A stretch of 64,000 bases of DNA from a virus (Duplodnaviria > Heunggongvirae > Uroviricota > Caudoviricetes), in the IMG/VR virus record IMGVR_UViG_3300025896_000021, one strand, 5' to 3'. Below are positions 1 through 10,445 of the stretch, one piece after another. Made by a program: the position numbers and the translations under genes. Every line of letters begins with the position of its first letter. Position 1 is the stretch's first letter. The notes under the pieces were generated by a model. That model saw only the letters and a list, made by a program, of their open reading frames with translations. It was not told the origin of the DNA and searched no databases.

Positions 1-3000
1 AGCACCATCCGTTTTCAATATTTGATTATCATTGCCGCCGCCGATGTATACATTGCTGATGTTGCTACCTAAATTAGCACCAGTGAGAGTTACAATTCTG
101 CCTGTCGTAAATGTATTTGTTGTTTTATTAAAAACTAAATTTGCGCTAGCGCCTAATACGCCACCGTCATTAAATTGAATTTGCGTGTTGCTACCGGTAG
201 CTGACACTCCGCCGCCGCCTGCTGCTGCTCCCCAACTTAAATTACCAGTACCGTCTGTAGTGATAAAATATCCAGCTTCCCCGCCCGCGATCTTGACATT
301 ACCAACGTCACCTAAACTTACATTTGCACCAGTGAAACTAATGTCACCCGAAGATGTTATTGTTCCATTACCAAGCACTGTGTTTGCTGTTGCGTTCCCT
401 ACAGTTAATGTAGTTAGTGTACCTAAACTTGTGATATTAGCTTGTGCATTTCCTGTTACAGAAGAAGCAGTTATCGCGGTGATGCTTGTTAGAAATGCTC
501 CACTACCGGTAAAGTAGTTAGCAGATACATTATTACCTAAATTAGCATTGCCTGCTGTTAAGTTACCAGTATATGTAGGTAGATAAGCTGCAACGTTACT
601 GTCAGTATAATTAGAGCCGCTAGCAATTCCAGTTAGTAAACTACCGTTACCAATAAAGTAATTAGCAGTTACTGCATTACCTAGGTTAGCATTAACCGAA
701 GTAATATTTCCATCGGTTATTAAGTTTCCGCCGGTTACGTTGCCATTTGCTGATACAACGCCGGTTACTGTTAACCCAGTTGAAGCAATACTTACGATAG
801 TCGTACCGCCTGATGGGGTATCTAAATCTCTAATGGTTGAGCCAACTCTAAAGTCTATAGCAGCGTTAGAATAAATTAAGGCGGCGCTGCCTGTGACAGC
901 TCGCATACCCATACCGTTTGTGCCGTCATTGCCTTTGACCTGTATTAAAGAAGTAGCATTTAATCCGTTGGCTTTAGCAAATATGCTAGAATATTGTGTT
1001 GTAGTTACAGTACCATATGAATTACCAACAGCTAAATCAGTTAGTGTACCAACTGATGTAATGTTCGGTTGTGCTGCGGTTGTTACTGTTTCCGCAGTTG
1101 TAGATGATCCAGCAGTAAGTGCATAAGTTGCATTAGCAACAGTACCGCTTACATTAGCGCCGGCTACAGCGTTTGCAGTTGTTGCAAAAGTTGCTAATCC
1201 AACTGCACCAGTTACATTAGCGCCATCCACAGCATAAGATGTTGCAGACGTAATTGCATACGTTGCGTTAGCTACTGTACCAGTTACATTAGCACCTGCT
1301 ACTGCATTGGCTGTCGTTGCAAAAGTTGCTAGCCCGACCGTACCACTTACATTAGCACCTGCGACTGCATTGGCTGTCGTTGCATATGTTGCAAGGGAAA
1401 CAGCACCGGTTACGTTAGCTCCTGCTACTGCATACGCACTAGCAGCTATCGTTGCGGACGAAGCAATACCTGTTAAGTTACCAACGATTGTTTTGTTAAA
1501 GTTCCATGTATCAGATGATGAGGTGTATAAAATTGTAGCTGCTGCACCTGCAACAGTAATACCTGCACCATTAGCTGCCGAAGCTGTAGCAGCATCTTTA
1601 GCAACAGTAATATTTAAATCAGTTACTGATAAAGTTGTCGCATTGATTGTAGTGGTAGTACCATTAACTGTTAAGTTGCCGCCTACTGTGATATCACCTG
1701 ATGTAGCTAAACTAGTTAATGTACCAACACTAGTGATATTTGATTGTGCGCTTGCTGTCACTGTAACTGCGGTGGTAGATGTCCCTGCTGCGATCCCAGT
1801 TAACTGACTACCATTACCTATGAAGAATGCAGCAGTTATATTAGCCGATGCAGTAAAAGTATTAGCAGTAATTACATTAGCGCCGGTGATGTTGCCACCA
1901 CTACCCGATGTAGAGATATTACCAGCGACAACGTTACCCGTTACTGTCAATGCAGTCAATGTACCGGTTGATGTTATGTTAGGCTGTGCCGCAGTTGTTA
2001 CTGTACCAGCGGTAACTGAGTATGTTGCATTAGCTACTGTACCTGATACATTAGCACCAGCTACTGCATTTGCTGTTGTTGCAAAAGATACTGCACCACT
2101 TACATTAGCACCTGTTACTGCGTTAGCTGAAGCTGCAACTGTCGCACTTGAAGCGAGTCCAGTTAGATTACCGATGAAGTTAGTAGCTGTTATATTACCA
2201 GTGTATGTCGGTAAGTAAGCTGCAACATTGCTGTTACTATAACTTGCCGGCAAACCAGTTAACTGACTACCATTGCCAATGAAGAATGCAGCAGTTATAT
2301 TAGCTGATGCATTCATTGTAGTCGCAGTAATTACATTAGCGCCGGTGATGTTGCCACCACTACCCGATGTAGAGATATTACCAGCGACAACGTTACCCGT
2401 TACCGCTAGAGAAGTTAATGTTCCAACACTAGTAATATTGGGTTGTGCTGCAACTGTTACGTTACCTGCATAATTAGCAAAGTTTGATCCAGTAGCGACG
2501 AGTCCGGTTAGTAAGCTGCCGTTACCAACATAGAAGTTCGCTGATATATTCCCAGTAACTGTTAGTTCAGTTAATGTACCTACACTAGTGATATTAGGTT
2601 GAGCATTTGTATATACTGTTGCGGTTACTAAAGCGTTACCTACTTGACCAGTTACATTAGCACCGGCTACTGCATATGCAGTACCACTAGTAATTGCATA
2701 CGTTGCATTAGCTACTGTACCAGTTACATTAGCACCGGCTATCGCAGATAACCCGCTGCCGTTTCCAACAAAGTTAGTAGCAGTTAATGTATTTGTAGTG
2801 GTATCAAATGTTAGATCGGCGCTGCCTGCAAAGCTACTAGCATTATTGAACTGAACTTGAGTATTTGATCCAGCAGCAGAAGAAGTGAACGCATAAGCAC
2901 TTCCATTCGCATACAATATATTATCAGTTTTTATGTTACTTACGGTTACGCTGTTGGCACTAAGATTAGGAACAGTCAACGTACTAGTTACAGCATTAAA

Positions 3001-3081
3001 TGATGATTGTATCTCAGTTAATACAGCCAAAGTAATACTATTAGCATTTACGCCTGATCCGGGAATTTTTGTTAGTGCCAT
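1..3081 (-). CDS. Repeat-rich virion fibre protein (3' end runs off the window; absent from the ORF track)
   Basis: ATG at 3081 (MALTKIPGSGVNANS...) and an open frame to base 1. Carries AQPNITSVGTL, 'F.GNGS.LTG', 'GSNTQVQFN' and 'ANAVAGANV' repeats shared with the other fibre genes. CTAAATA promoter motif at 3113-3119. Confidence 0.8.
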   Translation of the reverse strand, partial: MALTKIPGSGVNANSITLAVLTEIQSSFNAVTSTLTVPNLSANSVTVSNIKTDNILYANGSAYAFTSSAAGSNTQVQFNNASSFAGSADLTFDTTTNTLTATNFVGNGSGLSAIAGANVTGTVANATYAITSGTAYAVAGANVTGQVGNALVTATVYTNAQPNITSVGTLTELTVTGNISANFYVGNGSLLTGLVATGSNFANYAGNVTVAAQPNITSVGTLTSLAVTGNVVAGNISTSGSGGNITGANVITATTMNASANITAAFFIGNGSQLTGLPASYSNSNVAAYLPTYTGNITATNFIGNLTGLASSATVAASANAVTGANVSGAVSFATTANAVAGANVSGTVANATYSVTAGTVTTAAQPNITSTGTLTALTVTGNVVAGNISTSGSGGNITGANVITANTFTASANITAAFFIGNGSQLTGIAAGTSTTAVTVTASAQSNITSVGTLTSLATSGDITVGGNLTVNGTTTTINATTLSVTDLNITVAKDAATASAANGAGITVAGAAATILYTSSSDTWNFNKTIVGNLTGIASSATIAASAYAVAGANVTGAVSLATYATTANAVAGANVSGTVGLATFATTANAVAGANVTGTVANATYAITSATSYAVDGANVTGAVGLATFATTANAVAGANVSGTVANATYALTAGSSTTAETVTTAAQPNITSVGTLTDLAVGNSYGTVTTTQYSSIFAKANGLNATSLIQVKGNDGTNGMGMRAVTGSAALIYSNAAIDFRVGSTIRDLDTPSGGTTIVSIASTGLTVTGVVSANGNVTGGNLITDGNITSVNANLGNAVTANYFIGNGSLLTGIASGSNYTDSNVAAYLPTYTGNLTAGNANLGNNVSANYFTGSGAFLTSITAITASSVTGNAQANITSLGTLTTLTVGNATANTVLGNGTITSSGDISFTGANVSLGDVGNVKIAGGEAGYFITTDGTGNLSWGAAAGGGGVSATGSNTQIQFNDGGVLGASANLVFNKTTNTFTTGRIVTLTGANLGSNISNVYIGGGNDNQILKTDGA
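1796..2403. repeat. Intragenic direct repeat (~148 bp, offset 459 bp)
   Basis: 1796-1944 is near-identical to 2255-2403; 1865-1944 and 2324-2403 are identical over 80 bp. Confidence 0.9.
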
Positions 3082-3190
3082 TCGTGTTACCTTAGTATAT
3101 AGTTACAATATGTATTTAGTCAATAACAAATCAAAGTGACATCACAATAACTAATGCTTAAAATATTGACAATATCGTACAGTGAGTACT

Positions 3191-6100
3191 TTAACTCCAA
3201 TATTGTTGATTAGTCACCGTAGATGTTTCACTCGACAGAATTGGTGAACCATCAGTTGCTGCATAGGTAGTAGCTGAAAGTGGAGTCACTGTCGATAAGT
3301 TAGTGAAGTCGTCTCCTATCACCCTAGAAGCCGCCGCAGATGCTATTACCGTAATAGATTCCGTTAAAGTCGTATTGCTTTCAGGATTAGTAGCAGTTAG
3401 TAATGTTTGTTTAGGACCAAATCCATCCCCGATATCAATAGATGCAAATCCATTAATCAGTACAAATAATCCGTTACTAGCTGCTACAATACTGCTATCC
3501 ACTGAATTTGTTGCAGTAACTATACAAGATAAAGTCTTGAATCCATCAGTTAATAATGTAGTGTATGTATTGTTAGTAGATCCTGAAATATTGACTCCAT
3601 TAACATTCCATTGGTATGAATATACAATCGTGGCGTCTCCGGTCCAAGTCCCTGGGTTACACAACAAAACAGCATTTGCTAGCCCGTTAGTGACAGAGCC
3701 TGATGATACTGAAATTGAGGGTACAACTGTGTTAACCGGAGCTCCCGCAGTGCCTGTTTGAAATACACCCGAGCTTGACCATTTATATATTCGGTATCCA
3801 CCTGTAACGACGGGATAACCGGCATCAACGTTCAGTGCAGCAAGTGCTTCTGGATAACTATCTGGATACCGAATCACTACGATACCCGATCCACCCGTGC
3901 CACCAGCATTAGTTGCATTATAATAAGATCCGCCACCGCCACCTCCACCAGTAGATGCACCCCCATTACCACCCGGAACATTTGACTGACTACTTAATGT
4001 CCCTGCGCCGCCGGCTGTGCCAGTAGAAATGCCGCCGGTGCCCGCGGCGCCACCACCACTAACGCTAGGTGCGCCACCACCGCCGCCACCAGCTCCACCG
4101 GTACCCGCATTACCAGAATAACCGGCTCCGCCGCCGCCTCCACCCCAATAGTAACTAGTACCTAAGATTGCATTAATTAGTCCTATTCCACCATTACCGG
4201 GAGTGTTTTGACCGCTGCCCCCTGCGCCACCACCACCACCGGGATAATTTAATAAGCCAGCGCCGCCACGATTTCCTTGATCAGTTGTTCCCAATCCTGC
4301 GGTTAAGTAAACACTGCTGCCGCCACCGCCGGAGCCGCCGGATTGAGCTGCACCGCCAGCAGACCCGCCTGCGCCGCCACCGTATGCTATTATGTTGCTA
4401 AATGAAGATTTTCCTCCACTGCTGCCCGGCAAAGAAGTAGCTCCAGCAGGTGATCCGGTGCCGCCGGCTCCAACTGTAATTACGTATCTACCTTTTTGTA
4501 GATATAGTGGGTCAGCTGGTGATGCTACATCAACTGATATTGCCGGATAAGCGCGGGTGGGTCCCCAAACAATTCTCACGGCGCCGCCGCCGCCCATGCC
4601 GCCTCCAGTAGATGTTCCCGAGCCACCGCCACCACCGCCATAAGCACCACCAGTAATTGTTCCCTTAGTACTGGTACTTGAGCCGCCCGCTTCGCCTGGA
4701 TTTCCGTCTGCTCCGCCTGAGCCGCCTTTGCCACCAGACGTGCCGTTACCAGTAGCTGCACCACTTGCACCTTGACCAAGTATGCCCACGCCGCCGCCTG
4801 CAGGTGTACCGTATGTACTAGAATAATACCCAGGTGCGCCACCACCACCGCCTGCAGGTGCTGCTGTACCAGTCGAGCTTCCACCGTAGCTGTCGGCGCC
4901 GCGTCCAGCATATCCGCCAGCACCAGCACCAGCATAATTCCACGATCCATCAAACGCACCATTGCCGCCGCGGCCGCCGCCGTCACCAACATAGCCACCG
5001 CCATAGCCTGGTGTTGCCCCGGTTGAGTTTGCTCCACCGCGGCCGCCGCCGTATCCTGCTACTGTAGTTAATGCATCAAAATAACTATTACCGCCTTCAG
5101 CTCCAGCAGTAGTTGCATTAGCTAAACTTGCTCCGCCTGCCCCAACTACAACTGTGTATGATTGTCCCGGTACTACGGTGATGGCAGTTTTCCATCCAAG
5201 GCCACCACCACCACCGCCGCCAGAACTCCAAGTTTGTCCGCCGCCCCCACCACCACCAACAGCTACTACGCTGACTGATGTTATACCGGCTGGCGCGACC
5301 CAAGTATATGTTCCCGGAGTAGTATATGCTCGTTGGCCTGCTGTACCTCCGGGGCCGGGTGCTGTGGCTGCTAATACTCCGCCTGCACCGCCGCCACCAC
5401 CCAAATCAGATCCACCACCACCACCACCACCAACCACCAAGTATTCAATATAAGCACTTCCAGTAGCAGCTACGAAAATACTGTTTGATGTTTCAATGAC
5501 GCCGCCTTCTATATCGGTTGCAATAACATTACATGTAATTGTTGTATCACCATCTGCCATCACTGTAGTATAGGTACTAGATGTTGCGCTGCTTATATTA
5601 ACGCCGCCGCGTTGCCACTGATACGAGTAGGATATTGAGTTGCTACTTGTCCAAGTACCGGTTGTTGCAGTTAATACTTGATTCACCCCTGCAGTGCCGG
5701 ATATGACCGGTGCAACGGTATTCACCGGGCCTGGCGACATAAGAGTAATCGTACCAGAGGTAGTAAATGTGTATATTCTATATGAGCCGGAAATAGTTAT
5801 AGCAGGCGATCCGGTCGTTTTTGCTACAGGGAAAGTGCTTTGCTGTCGCACTACAACAATACCAGAGCCACCGGCACCTGAACCGGAAGACCAGCCACCG
5901 TTAGTAGCCCAGTAAGATCCAGCTCCGCCGCCACCGCCTGTATTGACAACCGCAGTCGGGATGCCACTGCCCTGAGTAGTGGCATTTACTTCATTTGTGT
6001 ATACGTTATAGTTGTAGTAAGTGGTTGTTCCAGCACCGCGGCCGCCGCCATGATAGCCATCGCCGGCTCGTTCACTACTATTACCACCACCACCACCACC

Positions 6101-7819
6101 ACCTGCATACCACTTAGCGGTGCCGGATATATTGTATGATCTGCCTTGACCACCATTACCACCTGGAGAGGCGCTGCTACCACTTACACCGGCGGACCCA
6201 GCTCCGCCGCCGCCAGCGCCGGTCCAGCTTATTGAGCTAGCTCCACCAGCAAATCCATATCCAATCGCAGACCCTATGCTAGTTTGAGTTGCGGCAGTGG
6301 AGCCGCCGCCACCGCTATTGGGCTCGGCGCGGCCGCCGCCTGAGCCACCGTTCATTGTCGTAGCATCGAATGCAATACCAGATGAACCACCCCCACCCCC
6401 ACCTTGTGCAATATATATACCTAAAGAAGAAATTGAGCCTTTATTTCCGTTACCTTTAGTTGAATTTACAATTGCTGGGCCTCCGGCGCCTACAATAACA
6501 GTGTACTTAGTAGAAATAGCCATTGGTAACTGATCTGCATATAGCAAACCTCCGGCTCCACCGCCGCCGTTCGCATTCGTAGTGTCACTATTGCCACCTG
6601 CGCCGCCGCCTGCTACTACTAATAAATCAATAAATCCGAAGTAAATTACATCAATACCGTTTGATGAAGCAGTAGCAGTTCCTGATGAATCAGTTGCTGA
6701 TACTTCACATCGTACAGTCAAGTTACCATCTGCCATCACTGTAGTATAGGTACTAGCTGTTGCACCACTTATATCGACTCCACCTCGACTCCACTGATAC
6801 GAGTAAGATATTGAGTTGCTACTTGTCCAAGTACCGGTTGTTGCAGTTAATACTCTACCGGTTGCATTATTTCCAGTAATCGCAGGTGCTATGGTATTTA
6901 CCGGGCCAGGTGGTACAGGAAATGTAATTGTACCAGAGGTAGTAAAGGTGTAAATTCTATATCCGCCCGAAATAATTACAGTGGGCGATCCAGTAGTCGT
7001 TGCAACTGGATTATAGCTTCGTTGTCTTATTACGACAATACCAGAGCCACCGGCACCTGAACCGGACGACCAATTGCCGTTGGGAGCCCAGTAAGATCCA
7101 CCTCCGCCACCGCCGCCTGTATTGACAACCGCAGTCGGGATGCCACTACCTAATGTAGTAGTGTTAACTTCGTTAGTGTATGTACTAGCACTATAATAAC
7201 TAGTGGTGCCCGCGCCTCGGCCACCACCATGATAACCATCACCGGCTCTTTCTGAGCTATTGGCTCCACCACCACCGCCACCTGCATACCACTTAGTAGT
7301 GCCGGATATATTGTATGATCTGCCTTGACCGCCGTCACCGCCAGGTGCTACTGAGGCACCACTTACGCCAGCGGCTCCAGCTCCGCCACCGCCGCCGCCA
7401 GTCCAGGCTTGCCCAGCTCCGCCACCAAAACCGTATCCTGTTGCACCCGATATACTTGTTTGCGTTGCGAGGCCAGGACCACCACCACCACCATTCGGGT
7501 ATGCACCACCGCCACCGGAGCCACCATCATTCTGCCCACTACTATAAGCTGTTCCAGACGAAACTCCGCCACCGCCACCTTGTGCAATATATATACCTAA
7601 AGAAGAAATTGAGCCTTTATTTCCATTAGCTGCAACGCCATTTGCAATAGCTGCGCCGCCTGCACCTACAGTAACAGTGTAAGAGGTAGAATATTCTAAT
7701 GAGGTAACTGCTGCATAAAGCAGGCCGCCAGCACCGCCACCGCCGTTTCCATTTGTTGTGGTGTGATTGCCACCAGAGCCACCGCCTGCTACTACGAGAA
7801 AATCAATCGAAATTGCCAC
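3191..7819 (-). CDS. Large glycine-rich adhesin-like protein: four Gly-rich domains plus three Ig-like ('PVNT.AP...GTW...Y.YQW') domains
   Basis: Recurrent 'LVVAGGG.GG...GGGGAGG...GSGIVVIR' domains (polyglycine-II type) alternate with Ig-like beta-sandwich repeats. GTG start preceded by an AAGGGA RBS. Confidence 0.75.
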   Translation of the reverse strand: MAISIDFLVVAGGGSGGNHTTTNGNGGGGAGGLLYAAVTSLEYSTSYTVTVGAGGAAIANGVAANGNKGSISSLGIYIAQGGGGGVSSGTAYSSGQNDGGSGGGGAYPNGGGGGPGLATQTSISGATGYGFGGGAGQAWTGGGGGGAGAAGVSGASVAPGGDGGQGRSYNISGTTKWYAGGGGGGANSSERAGDGYHGGGRGAGTTSYYSASTYTNEVNTTTLGSGIPTAVVNTGGGGGGGSYWAPNGNWSSGSGAGGSGIVVIRQRSYNPVATTTGSPTVIISGGYRIYTFTTSGTITFPVPPGPVNTIAPAITGNNATGRVLTATTGTWTSSNSISYSYQWSRGGVDISGATASTYTTVMADGNLTVRCEVSATDSSGTATASSNGIDVIYFGFIDLLVVAGGGAGGNSDTTNANGGGGAGGLLYADQLPMAISTKYTVIVGAGGPAIVNSTKGNGNKGSISSLGIYIAQGGGGGGSSGIAFDATTMNGGSGGGRAEPNSGGGGSTAATQTSIGSAIGYGFAGGASSISWTGAGGGGAGSAGVSGSSASPGGNGGQGRSYNISGTAKWYAGGGGGGGNSSERAGDGYHGGGRGAGTTTYYNYNVYTNEVNATTQGSGIPTAVVNTGGGGGAGSYWATNGGWSSGSGAGGSGIVVVRQQSTFPVAKTTGSPAITISGSYRIYTFTTSGTITLMSPGPVNTVAPVISGTAGVNQVLTATTGTWTSSNSISYSYQWQRGGVNISSATSSTYTTVMADGDTTITCNVIATDIEGGVIETSNSIFVAATGSAYIEYLVVGGGGGGGSDLGGGGGAGGVLAATAPGPGGTAGQRAYTTPGTYTWVAPAGITSVSVVAVGGGGGGGQTWSSGGGGGGGLGWKTAITVVPGQSYTVVVGAGGASLANATTAGAEGGNSYFDALTTVAGYGGGRGGANSTGATPGYGGGYVGDGGGRGGNGAFDGSWNYAGAGAGGYAGRGADSYGGSSTGTAAPAGGGGGAPGYYSSTYGTPAGGGVGILGQGASGAATGNGTSGGKGGSGGADGNPGEAGGSSTSTKGTITGGAYGGGGGGSGTSTGGGMGGGGAVRIVWGPTRAYPAISVDVASPADPLYLQKGRYVITVGAGGTGSPAGATSLPGSSGGKSSFSNIIAYGGGAGGSAGGAAQSGGSGGGGSSVYLTAGLGTTDQGNRGGAGLLNYPGGGGGAGGSGQNTPGNGGIGLINAILGTSYYWGGGGGGAGYSGNAGTGGAGGGGGGAPSVSGGGAAGTGGISTGTAGGAGTLSSQSNVPGGNGGASTGGGGGGGSYYNATNAGGTGGSGIVVIRYPDSYPEALAALNVDAGYPVVTGGYRIYKWSSSGVFQTGTAGAPVNTVVPSISVSSGSVTNGLANAVLLCNPGTWTGDATIVYSYQWNVNGVNISGSTNNTYTTLLTDGFKTLSCIVTATNSVDSSIVAASNGLFVLINGFASIDIGDGFGPKQTLLTATNPESNTTLTESITVIASAAASRVIGDDFTNLSTVTPLSATTYAATDGSPILSSETSTVTNQQYWS
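5460..7810. repeat. ~1.18-kb tandem duplication of a [Gly-rich + Ig-like] unit
   Basis: Identical DNA blocks, e.g. 6401-6448 vs 7577-7624 and 5935-5968 vs 7114-7147; offsets 1176-1179 bp. Confidence 0.85.
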
Positions 7820-7833
7820 AAAATTCCCTTACT

Positions 7834-9273
7834 TTACGCGACTCTAACTAACCACATGTCGTCATTGAGTACAAAGGGCAAGTAAGCATCACCATTAATA
7901 TTGAATGTCTGATTTGCCGCTTGCCAATACAATTTCATAGTTGCATAGGGCATACTTAAACTTTTATATATTCCTCGGCACGCACCGCCTGGATTCCAGG
8001 CACCGTTAAAACATCTACTAATTTTAATAGGATATGCTCCCGGAACTTGCATCCCAGTTGTAGTATCATACTGTGGCATATATAGCATATTGAGACTATT
8101 ACCCGTTTCACCGTTAAAGTAGGAACCGCCCATTGATCTAGTAGTAAAAAGTGGACCATCTAACATTTTATAGGCCGTGGAATAAGAATTAGGTTGCCAA
8201 CCAACTTCACTACTGTTTCTACCACCAGAATTTATATTACTGCCGAAAAATAAAGGGTTCATGTAAGTATTAGTTGTTACATAAATCTGTGCAGTTGTTG
8301 TTACTATCCCGCTATTGTTAATAGTTGCCATTGAAGCTGCTACTTGATTGTGTGAGTAAGGTTGACCGGTGGTGCCAGCTGCTGTTGCTCCTGTATCTCC
8401 TGTATGTTGCCAACATGTCCATGGTACATTGTTTGTTAATGTGTTTTCCCAAGGCTGAGTTTCACGCAGACCCATGTAATAAATACTGGCCCATCTAGCA
8501 TTACCCCAACCAGTAGTACCATTGCCTAGTGTAGTAGTATTAAAATACCCAGTAGCATATGAGTCGCCCACTTTGCTTTCCCAAATAATGCAGTAATCAG
8601 CAGTTATTGCCATGTGATACTGTATCGAAATGTCAGTATAGACTAACCCAGGGCCCTGATTGTATGTATTGCCAGCGGCGTGGGTATTTTGATTTAATGT
8701 GTATGATGTTGATTGAATATCCGGTCTATTTGGTTGGGTAGTATTAACCCCGCCCCCAGGTGGAAATGTAGTAGAGGTCCAATCTGTGCTGCTACTTGCC
8801 CCAAAGGTAATTAACATATTAGCAGCTTTATTGACAGTAATGGCTGTTTTACTTGTTCCACCGTACCCTTGGGCCCAGGCGATGCCATCGATATTTTCAT
8901 TATAACTATGAAAACATAGTTTTTTATACGGGAATGTACTTTTTCCCGAAGCATTGTAAAAATCAGCTTTATACAAATATGACGCAGCAGTTGGTAGTGC
9001 AGTATACGCTGCTGGAGTATTTGATAAAGATGATATCACATTGTGGCTGGCACTAGTGATCCACCCACCTGCTTCGGTATTTGAGTCAATGCTAATGATA
9101 CAGTTTTTAGTAGTGTCAATTGTATTACTAGCTGTAAATGGATTAACTGTTAGTGAAGTAGTTCCTGCAGCGGCCGTAGCAATTGCTGTAACGCATCGCA
9201 AAAAGTTCATGTAACATGCAGTTACATCCGTTGCTGAGGCGTTGTTAATTGTTGGTTGAAAGGTAACTATCAT
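7834..9273 (-). CDS. Hypothetical virion structural protein (fibre-tip candidate)
   Basis: 479-aa Thr/Asn/Gly/aromatic-rich ORF inside the fibre array. Confidence 0.6.
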   Translation of the reverse strand: MIVTFQPTINNASATDVTACYMNFLRCVTAIATAAAGTTSLTVNPFTASNTIDTTKNCIISIDSNTEAGGWITSASHNVISSLSNTPAAYTALPTAASYLYKADFYNASGKSTFPYKKLCFHSYNENIDGIAWAQGYGGTSKTAITVNKAANMLITFGASSSTDWTSTTFPPGGGVNTTQPNRPDIQSTSYTLNQNTHAAGNTYNQGPGLVYTDISIQYHMAITADYCIIWESKVGDSYATGYFNTTTLGNGTTGWGNARWASIYYMGLRETQPWENTLTNNVPWTCWQHTGDTGATAAGTTGQPYSHNQVAASMATINNSGIVTTTAQIYVTTNTYMNPLFFGSNINSGGRNSSEVGWQPNSYSTAYKMLDGPLFTTRSMGGSYFNGETGNSLNMLYMPQYDTTTGMQVPGAYPIKISRCFNGAWNPGGACRGIYKSLSMPYATMKLYWQAANQTFNINGDAYLPFVLNDDMWLVRVA

Positions 9274-9277
9274 AATT

Positions 9278-10117
9278 TTAATCCACTAATAAAGAAATAT
9301 CATTAACTGTCAATCTATAAAAATTAGAAGCATCTTTATAAATTTGCACTCCACTAAAACTTAAGTAAGGAATACGGTAACACCCGTACATTAAGTTAGT
9401 GGCACCTGAAGAAGTAGTAAATAACGGGTTTTCAAATATAACAGTTATTCCTTTGCCTCCGGATTTGCGCGAAGTTTGTGCACCAGTTATACCCGAAGTT
9501 ACCGTGGAGTAACTAGCAGTATCATAATTGTACGTGTATGGGATCGTGCCTCCGGTATTTGCAAAAACACCTTGACTTAGTACTCCCCAATTTGGGACAT
9601 TACCAAAGTCTTGCAACATCATAAGCATACTATTGGTATATGCACGAGTAGTGCTACTGTGACCTATGTCAACGATACCAATCATTGAGCCACTTTGAGG
9701 AGCAATAAACACTAGCACCTTATTGGTAACAATAATATCAATACCGTTTTGTAGTGATGAGTTAAAAGTAAACATTTGCATGTTCACGGTAACGGCTGAA
9801 CTGTTTACTAAAGTGTCGGTTCCGCTAGTATAACTCTGCGCTAGGCTCAACGTGGTCATTTTAGTTGAATCAAAGGTCAATCTAAAATAATGTGTGTATC
9901 CAGTGATACTGTTATGCGCTTTGCTATATGTGTATGTTCCTGCATTTACTTTATTGTAAATTGCCGGGGTATATGCTCCGTATACCGAGCAGTTTGGTTT
10001 GTCTGCACCCGAACTCAAATCGGCTGTTGTAACAATGTTACCAAGAATGATGTTATTAATATCATCCTTGAAGTTTTGTATTGTACATGAACTGTTTAAT
10101 CTATATCTTACTAGCAT
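9278..10117 (-). CDS. Hypothetical virion structural protein
   Basis: 279-aa beta-rich ORF, tightly packed against its neighbours. Confidence 0.6.
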   Translation of the reverse strand: MLVRYRLNSSCTIQNFKDDINNIILGNIVTTADLSSGADKPNCSVYGAYTPAIYNKVNAGTYTYSKAHNSITGYTHYFRLTFDSTKMTTLSLAQSYTSGTDTLVNSSAVTVNMQMFTFNSSLQNGIDIIVTNKVLVFIAPQSGSMIGIVDIGHSSTTRAYTNSMLMMLQDFGNVPNWGVLSQGVFANTGGTIPYTYNYDTASYSTVTSGITGAQTSRKSGGKGITVIFENPLFTTSSGATNLMYGCYRIPYLSFSGVQIYKDASNFYRLTVNDISLLVD

Positions 10118-10120
10118 GGG

Positions 10121-10432
10121 TTACCCTTCTGTTGGGGGTGTTGATTCTTCAGCAACTGGTAATTGCTCAATCACTATATCCGGAATCAGATCAGTAATCA
10201 ATTCAAAATCTGTTGAGTTATTGAGATTTTCAACTGAGTTAGCATAAATCACAGTTACATTAAATATTGGTAATTCAATTACTATTGTATTCAATAAATT
10301 AGTAGCCACTGAGATGGCAAACGCATCAGTTATATAATGCGCTGTGCTTTCTCCATCAGGGACGGTGCCGGCGTATCTATATACATATCCGTGAGTTGCT
10401 TGGAATAGTCGCTGAAAAAAATCTTTATTCAT
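10121..10432 (-). CDS. Small hypothetical protein
   Basis: 103-aa ORF with ATAAATA 5 nt upstream of the ATG. Confidence 0.6.
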   Translation of the reverse strand: MNKDFFQRLFQATHGYVYRYAGTVPDGESTAHYITDAFAISVATNLLNTIVIELPIFNVTVIYANSVENLNNSTDFELITDLIPDIVIEQLPVAEESTPPTEG

Positions 10433-10437
10433 ATGTA

Positions 10438-10444
10438 TATTTAT
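10438..10444 (-). promoter_or_regulatory. gp55-type late promoter
   Basis: ATAAATA 5 nt before the ATG at 10432. Confidence 0.6.
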
Positions 10445-10445
10445 C

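Noticed and set aside
5460-7810. Near-identical repeat pairs as possible DGR template/variable repeats
   Set aside because: Both copies are coding, the differences are not visibly adenine-restricted, and there is no reverse transcriptase in the window.
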